Source: Gonapodya sp. JEL0774
Taxonomy: Eukaryota
Length of the DNA stretch: 64,000 nt
Assembly: GCA_027604505.1 (NCBI GenBank)
Contig: JADIIX010000113.1
Location: 1 to 64,000, forward strand
Direction: 5' to 3'
The notes beneath the pieces were generated by a model. It searched no databases. It saw nothing but the letters and a program-made list of their open reading frames with translations, and was not told the origin of the DNA. Of the stretch, positions 1 to 11,127 are shown piece by piece (position 1 is the stretch's first letter; every line of letters starts with the position of its first letter). The translations under genes were made by a program, and so were the position numbers.

Positions 1-954
1 AAAGATCTACTCTAAGGGTGAACCTCTGCCCGACTCTGTCCAGTCAACTACCATTGCAGCAACTCGCGATAACAGTATAAGACGATCATGAGAGTTTGAG
101 AGAGGTGTGGTTAGTGTCGATCCATGCCTAACCCTAAGTGAAGGATGAGGAGGTGTGGTGGCTATGGTTGTGTTTGGTGGGAAGGAAATTCTCCATAAAA
201 GTTCAGAAGCACATAATTATATATTAGGGATATGGTTTTACGCACAGAATATAAAAGGACTCCAAACAGAAAGTGCACCAATTCATAGCAATTTGAGGTC
301 CCGAAATAAGAGAGGCTGATTTTCAGCAATCCTGTCTGAAACTTTCTTTCGGATCCATGGGACGAGTTGCTGAGCCCGGAGCACGTACGTGGGACGTGGG
401 AAGTGGGGACAAACAAATGTCATGGAAGTGCCTGGGTGCATGTGGGACACAGAGACTGTCGGGGGTGGTGACGTCCCACATTGGTTGGCCTCTGGCGAGT
501 ACGTGCACGCCTCTACCTGCACCTACGATCTGACGGTGGATGCAAACACGCGTGGCGACACATGGACCACCATCTCTGTCTCTCTCTCTCGATCTGTCTT
601 TTTGTGTGTGTGGTGAACACCGTTTCCAATCTGATCACCCGCTCTGCTCCCGTCACTCCCCGCCTCCCCCCCTTTACTTCCTCCCTCATCTTCCCCCCCT
701 TCCGCCACCTCACCCATCACATACCGTACCACACCGAAATCGCCAGTCATCCCGCCTCGCACCTTCCTCCCCGTCCGCCACGGCCCGGGCCCGGTCTAGG
801 TCACTGTCTACCACCGCAACTTCCACCACACCGGTTATGGCGGGGGCACGCGCGGGGGTGGGAGGGGGGGGGGGGGGGGGATTCTACGGGGACTGGGGTC
901 GAAGCCGCGGTGGACTAACGCCACCGACGGAGAAGAGAGGCAGAACGGGTTAGG

Positions 955-2247
955 ATGAGGGAGAAGAGGGAGGCAGAGAGGAAGGTGGCCAGGACAAGGG
1001 ACGAGGCCGTGGCGGCGGCGAGAGGGAGGTGGACAAAAATGCGGGGCAAGCAGAGCGGGACAAGGCGGACCGGGAGGCCCACCCCGCGGCCCAGGTTGCG
1101 CAGCTCACAGTGGCCGACGTGGCCGAGACGAGTGCACTCTGTGTGACCCAGGACACGATGCTGGCTCACTTGCGGCACGCCCACGCGTCCGAACTGGCAG
1201 GCAGGAGGGAGGTCCACATCCCCACGAGGCAATGGCGAGGTTCGCGGCGACGTCGGCAGACAAGGCGTAGGAGGTGTTGGCCAAGCGGGCCGAGGAGGCC
1301 ATGGCGAGGGAGGCACGGTTGAAGGGGGAGATGGAGGGCTAGAAGTAAGCGTGGCGGAAAAAGAGGGGGGGATTGGTCGAGGGGGTCAAGGCGGTCACAG
1401 ACGAGTTGGAGGCGGCGAGAAGGGAGGTGGACTACGTGCGGGCCACACTGGCCCAAAGAGACAATGTGGTGGATAAGTTGGTGGAGGCGTTACGGTCGAG
1501 GCAGGCCGAGGTGGAGGATGCGAAGAGGGAGATGGAGGGGACCAGGAAAAGGGCCGAGAGGGGGAGGTGGTGGCGGGGAAGGTCAGGTGGGAGGTGGAGG
1601 GGGTGGAGGAGGCGAGGAAGGAGATTGTGCGGTGTTGGTCAGGGGGGCAAGAGGGCAAAGGTGTGGACTCTGGATTTTGTGAACGTTTATCTGACTTTGT
1701 TCTCTCCACCTCGTTCCACCGTATGAATCGCCACTGGAAAACACCCGGTATCCCCCAATCCCGCCTTGTCAACCTCGAAACCACGCTCCACGCCGACCAG
1801 TCCGCGTCTCACCACACCCGTACCGGACTCGCCACGCTCCCTTCCGGCCCAGGACGCTCAACTGGCCGAACTCAGCAACCAGTCCGACGCCATGCTCAGG
1901 CGACACATGGCACTGATTGACGCAGCCAAAGCGCGCAAAGAGGATCTGTCTCCCTTCCGGCCCAGGACGCTCAACTGGCCGAACTCAGCAACCAGTCCGA
2001 CGCCATGATCAGGCGACACATGGCACTGATTGACGCAGCCAAAGCGCGCAAAGAGGATCTGTCAGCTGAACTGCGGGAACCGGAGGAGAAGGTTGCCCGG
2101 AGAGAGAGGGAGATGGACGGATTGAGGAGGTCCGGGGAGTACGGTGGGCGGATCGTGAAGCTGGAGGCCGAAGTGTCCTTGGAAGCGGCGGTACAGACCC
2201 AGGTGGAAGCCACCACTCGCGCCAACGGAGGTGTCTTCCATCTCTGA
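955..2247 (+). pseudogene. Fragmented coiled-coil protein gene (frameshifted or poorly assembled)
   Basis: Several short + ORFs in different frames encode E/R/A/K-rich heptad-like peptides (1373..1726 ELEAARREVDYVRATLAQRD; 2005..2247 ELREPEEKVARREREMD); an internal 113-bp duplication shifts the frame. Confidence 0.3.
1838..2063 (+). repeat. 113-bp tandem duplication (2 near-identical copies)
   Basis: tcccttccggcccaggacgctcaactggccgaactcagc...gcgcaaagaggatctgtc at 1838-1950 and 1951-2063; one visible difference (atgctc/atgatc). Confidence 0.9.
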
Positions 2248-3758
2248 ATCATCGCCATCTTCACCACTATCCAGCCCCATCGCACTTCATCCCTTCGCCG
2301 ACCGAGAAGTATTGGCTGATTCTGATGCGGGCACTGATCGGAGATTGGGGGGAGCTCCTCGTGTCCTCCACCGTGGCCTACTGATACATCGGTCACGCCA
2401 ATACTGCAATAGAGAGAGCTGCCTCTTAGGGTTTGGCGGGATCGTGGAAGATGTAGGCGGTTCAGAATCTGCCGTCTATGATGCAAACATTGGTGTTCGG
2501 GATGGAAGGGTGGGGTAGGGGAGAACCGGGGTGTTTTCAGGTGGAGGCGTCGTCATGTTCGGGAACTCGGCCACAGCTTTACCCACAGTCCTCTCCTTCT
2601 TCCTCCACAAGTAACACCCCTGGCTTTGCATCACTCCAAGCTTACCCTCCCCCCATACTGCTACGCCTACCACCTCCACCGGAGAACCCTTCCAAACTCC
2701 CGCCCCGCTCCATATGTATCAGTAGGCGCCATCCACAAAAAATAAATGTAATAAACCACACCGTCACACCTTAACACTATATCGTTTTTTTCGGCATGTC
2801 TTTCGTTCTATAGCTCGTGTCAATGGGTATCGTCATCTACGCTCAGCAACTCTGGCGTCGTGGAAGGGCTCGTCGACGGGCTTCTCGTTCTTCCCGTCCG
2901 AAACTTCTCATTCCCTCTCCCCACCAGCCTCTTCGCTCAGTTCAAACCAAATTTTTCGCAAAGTTTCCGATTTCTTATATTAGATTGGGCTATGCATTGG
3001 ATTTCACGTAACTCTCGCGGGAATTGGCGTGGGTGATAGTGAAGTGCATTGTCACGGTCGAAACATGCGTTTCTCGTATACGACCACGCGCTCCTACGAT
3101 TCCACTCCCGGCCCGCTCTGATATGCAAGAGTCGCCTTACTGAAGTGCTCTCTGTGAGTTTGCTGTCTTTTTTGGGTCAGGTATCCCTCGGATCGACTCG
3201 CAGACAAAAAGGGAACGGGACACGTGTAACACTTATGCCAGGCAACGCGGGACATCACTTAAAGAAGACCGAACTCTGAAAGATTTAGAGTTTCAATATG
3301 ATACTTCATAAAATGAAGCGCTTTCCTTGAACCTTGGCCACAATAATTGTGCCTCTACGTTAGTGGGGGAGGAGGTACAGCATTCCAGCGGATAAACGGA
3401 AAGAAAAACGTTATGAAGCGTGATGCCGTGGTGCTCTGTGTGGTTTGGTGGAGGTCAAGATTCTGGTTAGATTCCGCCTATCATCTGGTGAGTTCACTAC
3501 ACGACATATCATATGTTTCAAACGCGGGAGTGGAGACTTAATTCTTCTTGTTACCGCGAGCTGGCTGCTCTGCAGGTGATGTGGCCTTTGTGCTAATGGA
3601 GTGTTGTGAACGCGGAGTGGAGCTTAGGTGGAAGGACGCGTACATCACGGACGAGGAGTTGCGCATGAGTCACGCCGGATAGGCAGAGACAGAGATGCCT
3701 ATTGCGGGTTTTGTGAAAGGGGCGGCCGTGGTATTGAGATTGCTGGTGAGTCAATTGT

Positions 3759-4480
3759 TTAGTAAACCTGGAATTGCGAAGTGGAGCAGTGACGGCAAAA
3801 AACACGTCGCAGATCAATCGCGGGCTGAGTGTATACCCACAGCTTAGGATTTGCCTTTGCCACCAGCAGGAGGGCGTTCCCAGCCTTGGACGTGAACCGT
3901 CTCTCAAACCTATCAAGCGGCATGATCACAATTTCTTTGGAACCGTTCTCGACGGCGCGCTCAAAGAGGGAGTGTGCGTCCAGGGAACCGTTCGCACTGC
4001 TGCCCAGGCTCAGGAGTACACGGACCACGTCTACTTGCCCATCTGCAGAAGCATAAATCAACGCCAAGTCTTGTTGTGCATGGATGTCAATGCCACGGTG
4101 CGCAAGTGTCTCAACAATGCAGAGAAATCCCTTACCAGCCACGATGACGAGCGCTTGAAGGACGGAGTCATCACGCTTGTTCACGCCGTCAGATAGAAGA
4201 GCTCGACGATGTTGGGTGTCCCTTTGTTGCAGCAGAAAAAAGTGTACTGGCCTTGCATTTGCTGGTGAATGAGATGCTTGTCAAGAGCGTTGAGACTATG
4301 TCGATGTGACCTTGTCTAGCGGACACGTGGAGTGTGGAGTGTTCCTTCCTTGCCCTCCTAACCCCGCTCAGTGCTACAGAAGCACCTTCAAGACATGAAA
4401 ATGGCCTTCTTGAGCGGTACTCTTGAGGGCCCATTCCGGATGTAGGTGTACGGCAGCTCCGTGCGCAATTAGCAGATGGG
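3759..4480 (-). pseudogene. Degenerate ankyrin-repeat protein gene
   Basis: Ankyrin motifs (ALKSTAQEGHFHVLKVLL*, TLHVSARQGHIDIVSTLL, ALIYASADGQVDVVRVLLSLG) spread across different frames with in-frame stops and no convincing introns between them. Confidence 0.6.
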
Positions 4481-5657
4481 AGGTGTGGCAGTTGGCACTT
4501 CTCGCGAGCTCTCTAGAGAGGGTTGAATTTGAACACGGCCATGGCGATCAAAGGACGCAGAAGGGTCACGACGGGAGAGCAGCCCCTCACGGATTCGTAG
4601 TAAAGCGCATGAAATGGGGTTATGGAAGTGGCGCTGGCATTGAGTGCGATTCCACGTGGGTCGTGCTGAACAGATGTTGGCGTGCGTGCGTTGGCGGCGC
4701 GAGGAGCGATGTGCAGAATTTTTCGACGTGAATCATGATTTCCACACTGCGAGACATTCTCACCTGAACGAACACGACGGGGAAACGGAGGGCTTGTTTG
4801 AGACGTGGTAATGGAGGGTCACGTGTCAGCGCAGCTCGCAAGAACGGTGTTGCAATGCCAGAGTTTGAACTAATGGGGCCATGCTACGACGGGCGGCGCT
4901 GACGGGCTCTCTCGGTGACAAGAAACTTTAGACAATACGAGACAGAAGTCGCAGAGTCCACTCACGGCGGCGAGCGGGCGAGAGCTCAGAAGAAGAGGCT
5001 GCGAGTTGAAGGTTACTGTTTGGGGAAGTATGTTTCACACAGGGTTGCACATGTTCGGAAACATTATTCACCTTCTACGCCACTACGTGTTCGTAGAATG
5101 TTCGGTGAGATGAAACCAATCCGGGGGAACCCGGTTGGTGTGAGAAATGATGTGACACCTGGACTCTGCGAACAACCAACGTGGTTCCGCAAATCGGATG
5201 ACAAAGTCTCGAAAACGAACGATAGCACTGAGGTGTGCACTGTGACTCTTGACAAAATTCCGTATGTCCAATATGTACTATTACTTTTGTAGTCGAAGCT
5301 TGGGGAACGTAGCGTTCTTGGGTCATTGCGTCCACCCTCCCCGTCATCCTTCAGACAACTCTTTGATCAAGATTCATACATATTTTGCTCTGTGCAGCAG
5401 TGTTTTCTTAATCTCGGACTCTTCAATGAAGGTGAGGTATCGTAAAACAGCTCGCGTCGCATTTCGGACGTGCCTCTTTCCCTTGCTACATTTGATTTTC
5501 ACTCTTTGGAGCATCCGCGATTGTTTCGGTTCCATTTGACCACATTCGTTTGGACTCTGGGCACCTAAGCCTCAGTTCTCGACTATGGCGACAGCAGGGT
5601 CACCACCACTCAACACGCCATCCAATCCGGAACGGAGGTGGCAGCAGAGACGGCATC

Positions 5658-8360
5658 ATGGCGGACTCGAAAGACTCGCAATACTCCAAAAGCATCTCGC
5701 TGATCGATACAAACTTGGGAGAAACGGAAGACTCGAAAAACTTCTCGCTGATCGAGGCAATCGAAAAAGATGACGAGGATCGCGTGCAACTCCTCCTCGA
5801 CCAAGGGGCGGATCCAAATGCGCGGAAGTGCCTGAACCTGATTATGGATATTGGCGGCGAGCACGTAACAGAAACTGCGGAGGGCGAGTCCGCGCTGGCA
5901 ATCGCCATCATTCACGGTCGGTCGGCAATTACACGCACTCTGCTGGAGCGAGGTGCAAACCCAGAAGCGACTGTGGAATGGCCAATTGCAAAAACCTTCC
6001 CAAGCGAAATCTCCTCCGATGCTTGGCATAGTGGCACAACAGGGTTTGCGCGTTGGAGGTCTATCATGTCGTTTCCCAGTTGCCTTGCATTGGCGGTTGC
6101 AGGCGGAGGAAGTAGACGTTTATGAATAACGGGTCAACCAAAACGGAGTCCTGCCCCAAACTTGCGGGGTACACCGGAAACATCTTCATCAATCTCCCAG
6201 GGGGAAACGTCCAGATGATACATCCAAAGTTTGGTGATGATGATTACAGGTTTCCCGATAAGAGCAAGATTTTCAGGAAGGTCTGCTTGACTCCGCGACC
6301 GGACATTGTTTCTCACCTTCTCAGTCATGGTGCGAAGATCACCTACGAGATGCGGGAATTTTCGCGTATATACATTCGTGATAAGAAAATCTACCAAATT
6401 CTCTATGAGCATTACGTCCAGGAACTACACGCTCGATTCCCCGCTTTGAACGATTCGGAAGCCAAAGACGCGTCACTTATTGACGCTGTCGAATGCAATG
6501 ATGTGGACAAGGTCCGTCAGCTTCTCAGGGGGGGAGCATCTCCCAACGCTCGGAAGCGTATTGCTCTGCTCGGAGCGATCGAGCGTGAGGTAATGCTTGA
6601 CACACGCACCTGCGAATCTGCCTTGGCACTCGCAGTCATACATGGGCTCATTGATGTGGTTGTTGCTTTGGTCGATGGAGGGGCAGATGTTAAGGAGAGC
6701 GTTGCTTGGTCAGTTCCGAACTCCGAAAACTATTGGACGTCGAGCAGTTGGGAGGGTCGTTGGACCATTCATTACACTTTTCCCAATGTATTATATCTGG
6801 CGGTAGGCAGGAGAGGCACCCAGCAACGGTATCACCGGTATGGCTCAAAACCATCGGACGCTTATTACAACCTTTCTTTCAATGACAAAGGGGGCTACAT
6901 CACGCGTGTCAATCCGGAACCAAGGAAGAGATCATCTTTGGAACTACAAGGGAATCTCGACATTATCAAGTTTCTGCTTGCCCATGGATGTGGTGAAGGT
7001 CTACCGCAGCAATACATTCTTGAAGTAATGCAGGCTGTTGTTGATGTTCCCATAAGCAGCAACAGCACTCTCAGGTATAACGCTGGTGACGAGATTTTTG
7101 TGGTCTCAGTTTCAGATGACTTGAAATATGGTTACGTGAGTTCGTGGTTCGTAACATTCTCGGGAAGAAACTCCACCCGTTTTCCTTCTGCATAAATGCA
7201 ATTTGTCAGGGTTTCAGTGTCGCGAAAAAACGGTTCGGGTCCTTCCCTCTAAAGACTCTTCACAAATGGGCTGATACCGGCAGCGAGAGAGAAGAGAAGT
7301 CACATTCAGCTATATCGCATGCGGCGGAAGCCGACCTGGCGGTAGACGGCGTCCCCGCGTGGCAAATGGACCACACAGGAATCAGTTTGGGAGTCAAATT
7401 GGGCGAGGGGAGCTTTGGAGTTGTTTACAAGTGCCAATGGGCCGCTGTGGATGCTGCAGTCAAGTATTTGAAAGTGGAAGAAGGAGATGCACGAGAAGCT
7501 TTCAAGGCAGTGAGTTTGCGATAAATCAATTTATTATTTTGTTCAACCACATGCTGTTCAAGGCATTCATCCGTGAGGTATCTGTGTGGCATGCGGTGGG
7601 ATATCATCCGAACATCGTCCCACTCATTGGAGCATCATGGGATGCACCTAGACCTTTAATGCTTTCTCCATTTATGAAGAATGGGAACATTCTGGAGTAC
7701 ATGGCTGCCTGCAGAGCAAGGAACGTACGAATTGACAAGTTTCAGCTCGTGAGAAATGTCTCCAAACCCCCTTATACGTTTGGTTGGAGACTAAGGCAGT
7801 TTCTTTTTCCAGCTTCACGACATTGCTGCTGGCATGTACTATTTGCATAAGATTCGCGGTATAGTTCACGCTGACCTCAAGCCGCAGAATGTACTTGTTG
7901 ACGACAAAGGATCTTCGCGTGTCGCCGATTTTGGAACCTCAAAGATACTGGACCTGCCAACGGAGGGATCAACCGGATATAGACCAGGGACCGCTCTCTA
8001 CATGCCCCCAGAACGATTGAGTGGTGGTGGAGCGACAAAAGAGGGTGATGTGTATGCATTTGCTATCACAGCTTTCCGAGTGAGTTTTTTAACGTTCCTC
8101 AGCTTGGTCTTCATTTTTGATCACAGATCTCTGGTCAAAACCAGATCTGGACGGAGCGACTTCCGTTTGAAGAGTCTGGACTGACAGATATTGCACTGTA
8201 TCGCACCATTGTGGAGGACGACTACCGGCCGACCATACACGAGTCCGACGGAATGCCGGAACAGCTCAAAAAACTTGTTGAGGAATCGTGGGATAAGGTG
8301 CCGAGCAAAAGACCAACCTTTGAGAGCATCACAAAACGGCTGAAGGAAATGATAGTGTGA
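5658..8360 (+). CDS. Two insertion-bearing ankyrin-like modules + SH3-like domain + tyrosine-kinase-like (TKL) kinase; spliced, with a frame break near 6112-6200
   Basis: GADPNARK..ESALAIA and GASPNARK..ESALALA modules; SH3-like LRYNAGDEIFV..YG|GFS..GSFP; kinase motifs GEGSFG, AVK, HADLKPQN, DFG, YMPPE, DVYAF, RPTF; GT-AG introns 7510-7562, 7749-7812, 8080-8144; TGA at 8358-8360. Confidence 0.8.
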
Positions 8361-9226
8361 AATGAAGAAGACAATTGCTTAAAGGCTCCTGTCGGCACTC
8401 GCCAACGGCACCCGACAAAGAAATCGTACTTCAACTTTAGTTTCGGATATGTAACTATGGGCTCTTTATTCTCAAGGACTGTTATTTTTAGGTAGCTTCA
8501 AATGTCAATATCAAGAAGATCAATTGCGCGTATAGATCGACATAGTCGTATGTTGTGTTTCTTGCCAGACAGTCCAAATAGAGCAATGGTATCAACGAAC
8601 CACTCATGATTTCAGGTTCAATTTCTTTGCGTTACGGAGCGAATTGTGCGTTGACAGCAGCCGGGTACACGTGCAATAAGGGCCAGAAAACGTTGAGAGT
8701 GGCCCCATGATTCCCCTCAAAACGCCTAGCAGTAGCCTCAGCTGCAAACAATCAGAATAGCTTCTCCTCATGTGGATTTTCAAATAGGAGACCGTGCTCA
8801 CTGCGCATTGAGGGAATCAGCAACCGGGTGACGTCTTCTGGCAGCTTGAATGGCGTCTCTATGAGGCACTTGATCCTGGAAGACATGTACAACCAGCTTT
8901 GAAATATACACTGCCAACTCTGCGATCCTGTTTACGAACTAACCGTAGGAATCTGGTTGTACTCGTTCCCTCGCTGAGAATCGCGATTTGAATCCAGTCC
9001 ATCACTGAGAACATCAGAAAACCACTTAAACCTGCTTTCGCGCAAGAAATTCTTGTTTCGGTTGCGGCTTCGTTTCCATCTGTGTTTGTTCACTCGCGGC
9101 TCACGTGCGAGGCCACGGCCGGAAGCAGCGGGAGTCTCCTGACGGAATTTGCCTGAGAGTCGGAGGCATTCAGGCTTTTCATACATATTTATTTTCATCA
9201 ATCGTGCCCCACCATCGATTTCTCTG

Positions 9227-10468
9227 ATGGCGATCTCATTTAACGGCATCTCCCGTGCCCTTCCCATTGTTTTATGGGCAATCCTGGTGGCATTCATTCC
9301 ACAGGCATTGATGGCTCCGATTGATGACAACGTGGCTGGCCTCGACGTACTGACATCTTCCTTGGGAAACGATCTTCCAAAACTTTCCCTCACCAAAGTT
9401 CTTCTCGAAGGCTCGGAAGTTTTTGGATTCTGTGGCTCCGATAAACCGATCACGTCACGATGGATGGCCAGATACCCGGATAGAACGCCGATTACGAGCA
9501 TGAATATCCCCGGTACGCACGATAGTATGACGTGGAACTACACCGGAGAGACAGCGGCCAGGCTCGCACCGGTTACAAACCTTCACGGAGTGACGGTTTA
9601 CCCTTGGCAAGTGTATCGCACACAGAGCCGTAGTCTGTGCGATTCCCTCAATGCCGGCATCCGATTCTTCGATCTTCGTTACGCCGCGGATGTAACAGGA
9701 ACTCGCCTGGTCCTGTTTCATGCCCAAGCGCTCGTGTCGGAAATCTCCACGCTCGAAGATGTGATGTACGGTTTTTACTCGTGGCTTGAAACCCACAAGT
9801 CAGAAACTATCATCGTGTCTCTAATGTATGAGGGATCTACCATCCGCGGTGCCTCCAACAATGCCAATGTTCAGCTTCAACTTTACAACATCCTCACTTC
9901 CACCGTGGCAAAGAAATATATCCTGCAGACCCGCGACGAATTGGGCAATCTCGGACCGGCACGAGGAAAGATCATTTTGTTCAAGAGATTCACCCTCGAC
10001 AAACTCCCTTCAGACTACGGTGCTGCCATCCCGGGTCTTCACATGGACCCCGCCAAGTGGTCCGATAACAACCCGGACTTTTCGATCACCTACAACTCCG
10101 TCACCAACGCCACCGTCTACATTGAAGACCTTTATGAGCCTAAAACCCCCGTGACAGCAAATGCGACGGTCAATATTGCGGAGAAGCTCAACGCCACAAT
10201 CGCTCACCTCATCAAAGCAACCAGGCCGGAGTACGCAAACAGTCTCTTTGTGACTTTTTCCAGTGGAAACAGGAATTTCGCTGTTGCGGCAGTGATTCCG
10301 CAGATTATGGCACTAGGAAACGGAACGGACTATACACCTGACGGCGGTGTCAACCAGCAATTGCTCAAGTACTTACAGAGTTTGAAAGGAAAAGCTAGGC
10401 TCGGAATTGTTGGTGTGGACTTTTGGGACGAGCCGGAGGGATTGATTGACGCCATCCTGGGAAAGTGA
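9227..10468 (+). CDS. Secreted phosphatidylinositol-specific phospholipase C (PI-PLC X domain, PLC-like phosphodiesterase); intronless
   Basis: N-terminal hydrophobic signal (LPIVLWAILVAFIPQA); IPGTHDS, LNAGIRFFDLR, ARGKIILF and LGIVGVDF motifs. Confidence 0.88.
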   Translation: MAISFNGISRALPIVLWAILVAFIPQALMAPIDDNVAGLDVLTSSLGNDLPKLSLTKVLLEGSEVFGFCGSDKPITSRWMARYPDRTPITSMNIPGTHDSMTWNYTGETAARLAPVTNLHGVTVYPWQVYRTQSRSLCDSLNAGIRFFDLRYAADVTGTRLVLFHAQALVSEISTLEDVMYGFYSWLETHKSETIIVSLMYEGSTIRGASNNANVQLQLYNILTSTVAKKYILQTRDELGNLGPARGKIILFKRFTLDKLPSDYGAAIPGLHMDPAKWSDNNPDFSITYNSVTNATVYIEDLYEPKTPVTANATVNIAEKLNATIAHLIKATRPEYANSLFVTFSSGNRNFAVAAVIPQIMALGNGTDYTPDGGVNQQLLKYLQSLKGKARLGIVGVDFWDEPEGLIDAILGK

Positions 10469-11127
10469 TGTGAAACATTGCGAAGGCTGGGTGGTTCGCA
10501 CTCTTACGTACATGTTACTTAGAAAGATGAACGATTACTGAAGAGTAAGGAGTGTGTTATGGCCAGAACGCAAAATTCAAGTCGTACATACCGGGAACCC
10601 CGCGGTATTCAACGAATAGATAAAAAAAGTCGGCGATAGAAGTTCTCCCAATCCTCGTCTACCCAGTGGCACGCTTCAAAATGTATTTCTATGTATAAAT
10701 GGAACACCTGTTTGAGGGACTCGCAACTGCAGGCAATTCAAATCTTCCGATTAGACAGATCACGTGAATGCATCACAATTGTACATGGGTCTTTAATTCG
10801 GTGAGATGTTTCAGGTAACTTCGTGATAATCACGTGCATGCCGAATGTATGATGAGACCAGTTGATTTTCAATGAAGCCAATATACTGAGACGCAGTCCG
10901 CTCATTATCAGAATACATACGTCCATCCGTTATATGTATCTACAATCAAAATTTCTGGGTTTGGTCCCTGCCTTTTTTGGAAACTCCCATAATAAATTGT
11001 GAGAGCGGCAAGATTTGAGGGAGTGGCGCAGAAGGACCAACCCCGCTCTTTTGAGCCAACAATTCTTCAGAGGAGCGACAGCAGGGCAAGCAAACCAACG
11101 GATAAGACTGGGCACAAGATTGACACG

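Noticed and set aside
129..137. Telomere-like TAACCCTAA (similar at about 948 and 23952)
   Set aside because: Only one to one-and-a-half units, expected by chance
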